NCBI GenBank assembly: GCA_041685835.1
Contig: JAWLEX010000002.1
Location: 1,973 to 65,972, forward strand
Reading direction: 5' to 3'
Length of the DNA: 64,000 nucleotides
Origin: Desulfatiglandales bacterium
GTDB lineage: Bacteria > Desulfobacterota > DSM-4660 > Desulfatiglandales > HGW-15
The position numbers and the translations under genes are program-made. The first letter of the stretch is position 1. The number at the start of each line of letters is the position of its first letter. Shown here piece by piece: positions 56,947 through 64,000 of the stretch. The notes beneath the pieces were generated by a model, which worked only from the letters and a program-made list of their open reading frames with translations, searched no databases and was not told the origin of the DNA.

Positions 56947-57909
56947 ATGGAAGAACGCCATCGAAGGGGCATTTCCAGGATCGTGGGACGGGATGTCCGG
57001 TTCGATCGACCCATGCGGCTATACACCACCCTTCGGATCGGCGGAAACGCGGCCGCTTTTGCCGGCGTGAAGAGCCTGGATGTCCTGAAGGGCGCTGTTT
57101 TCTATGCCGAGACCCACGGCCTTTTCTGGACCGTGTTGGGGAAGGGGAGCAATCTTCTGGTTTCGGATGAAGGGATCGACGGCCTGGTGATCCGGCTTCA
57201 GGGCGAACTTGCAGGAGTGAGTATGGAGGAAGCGGGGACCTGTTTGAGAGCGGGCGGCGGGGCTACCATTCGCAGAATTCTGGATGCCTGTGCGCGGGAC
57301 GGTTTGGGCGGGCTTGAATTTCTCGCCGGCATTCCCGGGACCGCAGGCGGGGCCGTTGCCATGAACGCGGGCGCCCGTGACCGGGAGGTTGGTGATTCGG
57401 TGAAGCTCGTCCAACTCTTGGCACCGGATGGAAAGACCTCATCCGCCGATACCGGCGCCCTCTCATTCTCATACCGCCGTTGTGCGCTCCCCGAGGGGGC
57501 CCTGGTCACGGGGGTCCTGTTCAGGGTTGAAAGGGAGAGCCCGGATGTCGTCAGGAGCAGAATCAGGGAGAACCTGGAGGTGCGGCGGTCCACACAGCCT
57601 CTGAGTTATCCGTCAGCCGGGTCGGTTTTCCGTAATCCCCCGGGGGATGCGGCGGGGAGGCTGGTGGAACAGGCCGGCCTGAAAGGGAAGAGAATCGGCG
57701 GGGCGGAGATCTCAACACTTCACGCCAACTTCATCGTGAACCGCGGAGGGGCTTCGGCAAAGGACGTTCTTTCCCTGATGAAAACGGCGCGGGAAGAGGT
57801 CTTTCGCGTAACTGGGATCGAACTGGAATCCGAGGTCAGGATGATCGGTTTTCGGGCGGGACAATGGCCCGGTCATGGTTTCGGGCCCCGAGGCGGCCCT
57901 CTGTGTTGA
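56947..57909 (+). CDS. murB: UDP-N-acetylenolpyruvoylglucosamine reductase
   Basis: 320 aa. Motifs TLRIGGNA, GKGSNLLV and AGSVFRNP. Confidence 0.9.
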   Translation: MEERHRRGISRIVGRDVRFDRPMRLYTTLRIGGNAAAFAGVKSLDVLKGAVFYAETHGLFWTVLGKGSNLLVSDEGIDGLVIRLQGELAGVSMEEAGTCLRAGGGATIRRILDACARDGLGGLEFLAGIPGTAGGAVAMNAGARDREVGDSVKLVQLLAPDGKTSSADTGALSFSYRRCALPEGALVTGVLFRVERESPDVVRSRIRENLEVRRSTQPLSYPSAGSVFRNPPGDAAGRLVEQAGLKGKRIGGAEISTLHANFIVNRGGASAKDVLSLMKTAREEVFRVTGIELESEVRMIGFRAGQWPGHGFGPRGGPLC

Positions 57910-57929
57910 ATGGAGGCCCGGACCAACCT

Positions 57930-58733
57930 ATGACGAAGCGATCGGGGAAGAAACTAAGGAGAAACCCTTTTGTGGCGGCCTGGCAGGTGTTCTGCTGGGC
58001 GAGCTCATCTTTCCTGAAGGTCGCTTGTCTCTTGGTGTGCCTTATGATGATCAGCGTGCTGTTGCTGGCGGGTTACCAGTTCCTGCTTCAATCCCCCTAC
58101 ATCCGGTTGGAGCAGGTGGTCATTTCCGGAGTGGAGGAAAAGATCAAGCGGGAACTGCTGGAGATTTCCGGGCTTCGATCAGACATAACACTTCTGGCCG
58201 TGAACCTGAAGAAACTCAAACAAAACCTTGAGCAACACCCTTGGGTCAAGTCCGTTGAACTGGAAAAGCGATATCCACACACCCTCGAGGTCCGGGCGAA
58301 GAGGGAGGAGCCATGGGCCTTGGTCTCCAGTGGAGGTCTCTTTTACATGGACCGCCAGGGGCGTGTCTTCAAGCAGGTGGGATTGGCGGAATCCGTTGAT
58401 TATCCGGTGATCAGCGGCGACTTCGAGGACGAAGAGCACAGGAAGCGGAACCTCGAACTCGCCGCCCACGTGCTCGAGGTCCTGGAGGGCAGTGGACTGG
58501 ACTGGATGAGGGAGGAGATATCCGAGGTCCATTTTAGAAACACCGGAAACGTCTCGCTCTATTTTCAGTCCCTCCCGGCCATGGTGCAGGTGAGGGTGGA
58601 GGACCTGGAGCGGAAAATCGACGACCTGAACCGTATTGTCGAGCACCTGCGCGAAACCGACCAGATCAAGAGGGTCACCGGAATCAATCTCCACTACCGG
58701 GATGGGGCCGTGGTTTCCTTCAAGAGGGGATGA
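57930..58733 (+). CDS. ftsQ: Cell division protein FtsQ
   Basis: Start MTKRSGKK is preferred. TM segment followed by POTRA-like (VVISGVEE…) and FtsQ domains. Confidence 0.8.
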   Translation: MTKRSGKKLRRNPFVAAWQVFCWASSSFLKVACLLVCLMMISVLLLAGYQFLLQSPYIRLEQVVISGVEEKIKRELLEISGLRSDITLLAVNLKKLKQNLEQHPWVKSVELEKRYPHTLEVRAKREEPWALVSSGGLFYMDRQGRVFKQVGLAESVDYPVISGDFEDEEHRKRNLELAAHVLEVLEGSGLDWMREEISEVHFRNTGNVSLYFQSLPAMVQVRVEDLERKIDDLNRIVEHLRETDQIKRVTGINLHYRDGAVVSFKRG

Positions 58734-58811
58734 AGGGAGCCGGTGAGGCCGGGTCGAGTGGAGTATGGTCCACAGAACGGACAGCCAGTGGAAGGGGAAG
58801 GAGTTCGACGA

Positions 58812-60035
58812 ATGGCCGGAGACATCATAGTAGGGCTGGACATCGGAACCACCAAGATCTGCGCCGTGGTTGGGGAGCTGAAGCCGGGCGAGATCGAGAT
58901 CATCGGTATCGGCACCCACCCCTCCGAAGGGCTTAGAAAGGGCGTCGTGATCAACATTGAAAACACCGTCCAATCCATAAAGGAGGCCATTGAAGAAGCG
59001 GAAACCATGGCGGGCTGCGAGATCAGTTCGGTCTATGCCGGCATAGCGGGAGGGCACATCAAGGGATTCAACAGCCACGGAGTGATTCCTCTGAAGGAAC
59101 GGGAAGTGACCCGAAAGGACGTTGAACGGGTGATCGAGGCGGCGAGCGCCGTGGCGATACCCATGGACCGTGAGGTGATCCATGTCCTCACCCAGGAATT
59201 CATCGTGGACGATCAGGACGGGATCATGGACCCCCTGGGCATGTCGGGCGTGCGCCTGGAAGCGAAGATCCACATTGTCACGGGAGCCGTGACCTCAGCC
59301 CAGAACATCATCAAGTGCGCGAACAAGGCCGGCCTGGACGTGGCGGATATCGTGCTGCAGTCCCTTGCCTCGAGCGAGTCCGTGCTATCGGACGAGGAGA
59401 GGAACCTGGGCGCCGCGCTCATCGATTTCGGCGGGGGCACGACAGACCTGGCCGTTTTTTCCAGGGGATCCATCAAACACAGCTCGGTGCTGGCCCTCGG
59501 TGGGGACAACCTTACCTATGACCTCTCCATAGGAGTGAGGACGTCCCGCGTGGACGCTGAAAAGGTCAAAATGAAGTACGGCTGCGCCCTGTGCTCAATG
59601 ATCGGGGACGATGAAACCGTAGAGATCCCGGGTGTGGGCGGGCGCAAGCCCAGGGTTCTCGCAAGGAAAATCCTGGGAGAAATTCTGGAGCCGCGGGTGG
59701 AGGAGATATTCACATTGATCCAGAACGAACTCGTACGTTCGGGGTTTGCCGACTCCATCAACTCGGGGGTGGTGGTAACAGGAGGATCCGCGGAACTCTC
59801 AGGCATTGCGGAAATGGCCGAGGCTGTCTTCAAGGCGCCGTCCAGGATCGGTTACCCCCGGCGGATCAAGGGGTTGGTGGAAGTGGTCAACAAGCCCATG
59901 TATGCAACCGCCGTAGGCCTCGTGCTCTACGGCGCGAAGAGAAGAAGGGAAGGGAAGAAGTTCAGGATTCGCGACACGAATATTTTCGGGCGGGTCATGG
60001 ACAGGATGAAAAGATGGTTCAAGGAGATTGTTTGA
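58812..60035 (+). CDS. ftsA: Cell division protein FtsA
   Basis: Start MAGDIIVGLDIGTTKICAVVGE is preferred. Actin-like ATPase motifs DFGGGTTD and VVTGG. Confidence 0.92.
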   Translation: MAGDIIVGLDIGTTKICAVVGELKPGEIEIIGIGTHPSEGLRKGVVINIENTVQSIKEAIEEAETMAGCEISSVYAGIAGGHIKGFNSHGVIPLKEREVTRKDVERVIEAASAVAIPMDREVIHVLTQEFIVDDQDGIMDPLGMSGVRLEAKIHIVTGAVTSAQNIIKCANKAGLDVADIVLQSLASSESVLSDEERNLGAALIDFGGGTTDLAVFSRGSIKHSSVLALGGDNLTYDLSIGVRTSRVDAEKVKMKYGCALCSMIGDDETVEIPGVGGRKPRVLARKILGEILEPRVEEIFTLIQNELVRSGFADSINSGVVVTGGSAELSGIAEMAEAVFKAPSRIGYPRRIKGLVEVVNKPMYATAVGLVLYGAKRRREGKKFRIRDTNIFGRVMDRMKRWFKEIV

Positions 60036-60075
60036 TTATGTCGGGCGATTCACATGTATCAAAAGGAGGGACATC

Positions 60076-61356
60076 ATGAAGTTTGAGTTCGTAGAAGAAA
60101 AGGCTAACGGGTACAGCGCCAAGATCAAGGTCATAGGCATCGGAGGGGCCGGCGGGAATGCCATTAACAACATGATTTCCGCCAAGCTCAGGGGCGTGGA
60201 CTTCGTAACCGCCAACACGGACAGTCAGGACCTCGAACGCTCCGCCTGCTCCAGCAAGGTGCAGCTCGGTTCCGAGCTCACGCGGGGGCTGGGCGCGGGC
60301 TCCGATCCGGAGATCGGCCAGGCGGCCGCGGAAGAGAGTGTAAATGACATTCGAGAGTCTGCGGAAGGGGCCGACATGGTATTCATCACGGCCGGCATGG
60401 GAGGCGGTACCGGCACCGGCGCAGCTCCGGTAGTGGCCCGTGAGTGCAGGGAGGCCGGGTCGCTGACAGTGGCCGTGGTCACCAAGCCTTTCAAGTTCGA
60501 AGGGGACAAGCGGATGCGGCGCGCGCTGGAAGGGGTGGAGAACCTCAAGCAGGAAGTCGACACCCTGATCATTATTCCCAACGAACGACTGAAGTCGGTG
60601 GGAACAAAGACCAGCACCGTCAAAGAGCTGTTCGTGCGGGCCGACGAGGTGCTTATGAACGCCGTCCGGGGCATATCCGACCTCATCAACAGCACCGGTT
60701 TCATGAACCTGGACTTTGCCGATGTAAAGAAGGTCATGGCCCAGATGGGAACCGCCATAATGGGAACCGGCAGGGCCGGAGGCGAGGGCCGGGCTATGGA
60801 AGCAGCGCGCGAGGCGATCAACAGCCCCTTGCTGGAGGACATCTCCATCAGCGGCGCCCGAGGGCTTCTCATGAACCTGACCGGCCCGTCGGACATGACC
60901 ATGGAGGAAGTGGACGAGGCCTTTACCTACGTCAAGGGGGAAGTAGACGAAGGGGCCGAGATCTTTTCCGGTCTGGTCTTTGACGAAAGCATGGGAGACG
61001 AGGTCCAGATGACGGTCATTGCCACGGGCATAGACCGGGAGCAATACAGCAAGGTGATCCGGCTGGGCGACCGTCTGACCGAGCGTTCCGGCGGGCTGAG
61101 GGATGCGAGCGCGGAAGAGGCCGGGGAGGCCTGGACCGTACGCACCGGGACCGGGTCGGCCTTTAGTGGGAACGATCTGGACGATGACAACCTGGACATA
61201 CCCGCGTTCATGAGGGCAAAGGTCGAAGAGAATCCGTTCGGTGACATCCATGAAGAGGAACAGGAGGAGAAAAAAGGTTTCTTTCGAAGGGCATTTTCCC
61301 GGGAGAGCCTGGATTTTCCAACATTCCTGAGGACCAAGCAGTCCAAGGCCTATTAG
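60076..61356 (+). CDS. ftsZ: Cell division GTPase FtsZ
   Basis: Start MKFEFVEE. Motifs GIGGAGGNA and GGGTGTGAAPV. C-terminal peptide DIPAFMR / DFPTFLR. Confidence 0.95.
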   Translation: MKFEFVEEKANGYSAKIKVIGIGGAGGNAINNMISAKLRGVDFVTANTDSQDLERSACSSKVQLGSELTRGLGAGSDPEIGQAAAEESVNDIRESAEGADMVFITAGMGGGTGTGAAPVVARECREAGSLTVAVVTKPFKFEGDKRMRRALEGVENLKQEVDTLIIIPNERLKSVGTKTSTVKELFVRADEVLMNAVRGISDLINSTGFMNLDFADVKKVMAQMGTAIMGTGRAGGEGRAMEAAREAINSPLLEDISISGARGLLMNLTGPSDMTMEEVDEAFTYVKGEVDEGAEIFSGLVFDESMGDEVQMTVIATGIDREQYSKVIRLGDRLTERSGGLRDASAEEAGEAWTVRTGTGSAFSGNDLDDDNLDIPAFMRAKVEENPFGDIHEEEQEEKKGFFRRAFSRESLDFPTFLRTKQSKAY

Positions 61357-61429
61357 TCGCCATGACTGCATACCCTGCGGGCCGGAGGCGCCGGTAACCC
61401 CGCCGCCTGTTTCGACCGGGAGCCGGAGC

Positions 61430-63175
61430 GTGGAAGGGAAACTTGCATCGCTTCAAAGGAAGCGCCTCGCCGGGGAAAAGGGCGTGGTTCGAAAGGACTG
61501 GGGCGGGCGTCTTTCCGTGGCCCTGGTCTACCCCAACACCTATGGCGTGGGCATGTCCAGCCTCGGCTTGCAGGTGGTCTATGATCTCTTGAACCGCGAC
61601 GGCCGCGTGGTCGCGGAGCGGTTTTTCCATCCCGACAAACCGGAGATCTCCCTCCCTCCGGCAGGAGGAAAGGGACTCCTTTCCATGGAGTCCCTTTCCC
61701 CCATCTCCCGTTTTGACATTATCGCCTTTTCCCTCTCCTTTGAAAACGACTACCCCAATGTGCTTCGCATACTCGACTGGGGCCGCATTCCAATCCTCGA
61801 GGAGTGCCGGGACGACTCCTGCCCTCTGGTCGTGGGCGGGGGCATTACGACCATGCTAAACCCTGAGCCCCTGGCGCCCTTTTTCGACGCATTTCTAATC
61901 GGGGAAGCCGAGGCCGTTCTCGAGCGATTTATAACGCTCTTCCTGGAGCTTTCAGGCGGTGGCGCGGGCCGCAGGGGACTCTTGAGGGAGCTGGCGCTGA
62001 AGATCCCTTCGCTCTATGTCCCCGCACTCTACCGCCCGTGCCATGGCCCTGACGGGGGCCTCAAGGGCATGGAGACCGTCGACAGCGGTATTCCGAAACG
62101 AATCATTCCTGCGCGGGACATCGAGGACCGCATGCCTGCAGTTTCAGTCATCACCACGCCGGAGACCGAATTCGGGGAAAAGGTCCTCGTGGAACTGGGC
62201 CGGGGATGCGGGCGATCCTGTCGGTTCTGCGCCGCCGGATATGTATACCGTCCGCCGCGGTTCCGGCGCGGGGAAGACCTGATCGAATGCGTGGACCGGG
62301 CCCTGTCCGTAACGCGGCGATTGGGCCTCCTCAGCCCGGCGGTTTCGGATACACCGGGCATCGAGACGCTGACCGGGCGGATCGTGGATCAGGGCGGGGA
62401 GTTTTCCGTATCCTCCCTGCGAGCCGATTCCCTTAGCCGGGAACTCCTGCTCAATCTCAAGCGGGCAGGTCAGAAAAGCCTGGCAATCGCCCCGGAGGCC
62501 GGGACAGATAGGCTCAGGAGGGTGATAAACAAGCACATGACCGAGGAGGTGATCCTGGAGGCTGTAAGGAATATAGCCTCAATCCGGGAGTTTTCACTGA
62601 GGCTCTATTTCATGATCGGACTGCCGACTGAAACCCGGGAGGATATAAGCGGAATCGTGGAACTTGCAAAAAGGATCAGACACCAAATGGTCCGCGAATC
62701 CGGCGGAAGAGGGACCATCGGGCTGATCAGGCTGAGCGTGAACTGTTTTGTGCCGAAACCGTTTACTCCTTTTCAGTGGTTTCCCATGGAGGGCGTGGCT
62801 TCACTCAAGGACAAGCAGAAAAGAATTCGCAAGGGAGTCATGAAGGAAGGCGGAATGAGCGTTGCCTTTGATGTGCCGAGATGGGCCTATGTGCAGGCAC
62901 TTCTGTCCATGGGCGACCGCAGGGCCGGAAAGATCCTGATGGCGGCTCACCGGTTCGAAGGGGACTGGAAAAAGGCCTTTCGTCACAGTGAGGTGAATCC
63001 GGATTTCTTCGTCCGCCGGCCAAAGGGGCTGGACGAGGTCCTGCCCTGGGATCACATCGACCACGGCATTCGAAAGGACCACTTGAGACAGGAGTACCGG
63101 CTCGCCCTGGAAGGGAAGGAGTCGCCCGAATGCAAGGTGGGTCAATGCGACCGTTGCGGAGTGTGTAGTTTGTGA
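61430..63175 (+). CDS. B12-binding-domain radical SAM protein (TIGR03960-like)
   Basis: 581 aa with a GTG start. Radical SAM cluster motif CGRSCRFCAAGY. The N-terminal domain is B12-binding-like. Confidence 0.8.
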   Translation: MEGKLASLQRKRLAGEKGVVRKDWGGRLSVALVYPNTYGVGMSSLGLQVVYDLLNRDGRVVAERFFHPDKPEISLPPAGGKGLLSMESLSPISRFDIIAFSLSFENDYPNVLRILDWGRIPILEECRDDSCPLVVGGGITTMLNPEPLAPFFDAFLIGEAEAVLERFITLFLELSGGGAGRRGLLRELALKIPSLYVPALYRPCHGPDGGLKGMETVDSGIPKRIIPARDIEDRMPAVSVITTPETEFGEKVLVELGRGCGRSCRFCAAGYVYRPPRFRRGEDLIECVDRALSVTRRLGLLSPAVSDTPGIETLTGRIVDQGGEFSVSSLRADSLSRELLLNLKRAGQKSLAIAPEAGTDRLRRVINKHMTEEVILEAVRNIASIREFSLRLYFMIGLPTETREDISGIVELAKRIRHQMVRESGGRGTIGLIRLSVNCFVPKPFTPFQWFPMEGVASLKDKQKRIRKGVMKEGGMSVAFDVPRWAYVQALLSMGDRRAGKILMAAHRFEGDWKKAFRHSEVNPDFFVRRPKGLDEVLPWDHIDHGIRKDHLRQEYRLALEGKESPECKVGQCDRCGVCSL

Positions 63176-63179
63176 GACG

Positions 63180-63258
63180 GCTTGATCAGTACTCTTGACG
63201 GCTTTATTAAGCATGTTCACTGCATATTCACCACGAAGAACACGAAGAGTGATCAAGC
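63180..63258. repeat. Inverted repeat GCTTGATCA…TGATCAAGC enclosing a CACGAAGAN tandem repeat (63229-63249)
   Basis: GCTTGATCAGTACTCTT … CACCACGAAGAACACGAAGAGTGATCAAGC, between the convergent radical-SAM and tkt genes. Possibly a bidirectional terminator. Confidence 0.55.
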
Positions 63259-63309
63259 GCCCGCACCCCTGTTTGGTTGTGGGTCATGGCGCGCTTTAGT
63301 GTTCCATTG

Positions 63310-64000
63310 CTATTTGCTAATCAGTCCCAGGGCCGCTTCAGCCACCCGTTCCCCTGTAATGCCGAATTTCTCGAAGAGCACCTTGGCGGGAGCCGAGGCC
63401 CCGAAGTGATCGATGCCTATCACCGTGCCCCTCTCACCTGTGAACCGGTGCCAACCCTGCGTGGCCCCGGCCTCAACAGCGACACGAATGGGGATGTCCG
63501 GGGGAAGTACCTCCTTGCGGTAGGAATCCGGCTGGACATCGAAAAGCTCCCAAGAGGGCATGCTCACCACACGGGCCTTCTTTCCGGCCTGCTCGAGACG
63601 ATCCGCCGCATCCAGGGCCGTGTGTACCTCGGAGCCTGAGGCCATGAGAATCACCTCGGGTCGGCCGTCCTCGGGGTCCCTAAGCACATATGCGCCGCGC
63701 CTCAACCCTTCGGCCGGGCCGAACTTCTTGCGGTCCAGTGTGGGTAAGCCCTGCCGGGTCAGGCTCAGGAGGGTCGGGCCGTCGGTCTTCCGCAGGGCCC
63801 ATTGCCAGGCCTCTCTCGTCTCGTTGGCGTCACACGGCCGGATCACGGTGAGTCCCGGGATCGCTCGCAGGCCTGCGAGTTGCTCTATGGGCTGATGAGT
63901 GGGGCCGTCCTCTCCCAGGCCTATGCTGTCGTGGGTCATGATGTATATGACCTGCAGGCCCATCATTGCGGCCAGCCGAATCGCGGGTCGCATGTAGTCG
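63310..64000 (-). CDS. tkt: Transketolase, C-terminal portion (gene continues beyond the window)
   Basis: HDSIGLGEDGPTHQPIEQLAGLRAIPGLTVIRPCDANE. The ORF is open to the window edge. Confidence 0.9.
   Translation of the reverse strand, partial: DYMRPAIRLAAMMGLQVIYIMTHDSIGLGEDGPTHQPIEQLAGLRAIPGLTVIRPCDANETREAWQWALRKTDGPTLLSLTRQGLPTLDRKKFGPAEGLRRGAYVLRDPEDGRPEVILMASGSEVHTALDAADRLEQAGKKARVVSMPSWELFDVQPDSYRKEVLPPDIPIRVAVEAGATQGWHRFTGERGTVIGIDHFGASAPAKVLFEKFGITGERVAEAALGLISK

Overview
The window looks like a GC-rich bacterial chromosome segment. Gene content suggests a sigma-54-using anaerobe of the Desulfobacterota/deltaproteobacterial type, but that is inference only.

Layout, left to right:
- 1-4.3 kb: a small secreted-protein operon with a sigma-54-type promoter, divergent from a sensor kinase / NtrC-type regulator pair.
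- 4.3-10.1 kb: an accessory-looking metabolic segment holding an acyl-CoA ligase, a ketopantoate-reductase-family enzyme, a truncated second ligase, an IclR regulator and a DUF3795/DUF3786-like Cys-rich protein.
- 10.2-10.4 kb: tRNA-Glu(CUC) and tRNA-Gln(CUG).
- 10.5-17 kb: an Opp/Dpp-type peptide ABC transporter operon.
- 17.4-34 kb: housekeeping genes, mostly on the minus strand (queuosine-salvage-like, ahcY, metK, panC, dNK, rsmA, tsaD, PP2C, comEA, lysC, tsaE, acpS, pdxJ, ybeY, pgpH, phoH).
- 34-43 kb: an HD hydrolase, PBP4, a small ABC-like ATPase, and an hsp20 / Lon-like protease / Cys-rich protein cluster.
- 43.4-61.4 kb: a complete dcw cluster in the order mraZ-rsmH-ftsL-ftsI-murE-murF-mraY-murD-ftsW-murG-murC-murB-ftsQ-ftsA-ftsZ.
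- 61.4-64 kb: a B12/radical-SAM protein and the 3' part of tkt.

Features the standard genes do not explain:
- A highly conserved 176-bp MITE-like element with terminal inverted repeats and 6-7 bp target duplications. All five copies lie in the first 17.3 kb.
- Two dispersed intergenic short-tandem-repeat families, built on CACGAAGAN 9-mers and CACCTCAA-type units.
- Four 10-bp-phased AAAGTG(T/G) boxes at the mraZ promoter.
- Two unexpected inserts inside the dcw operon: a degenerate receiver-domain ORF between murF and mraY, and a 58-codon ORF coupled to murD.
- A Lon-like protease with a degenerate Walker A motif, coupled to a Cys-rich protein.

No CRISPR array, rRNA gene, prophage or recognisable defence system was seen. 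All family assignments come from motif recognition by eye; no searches were run.
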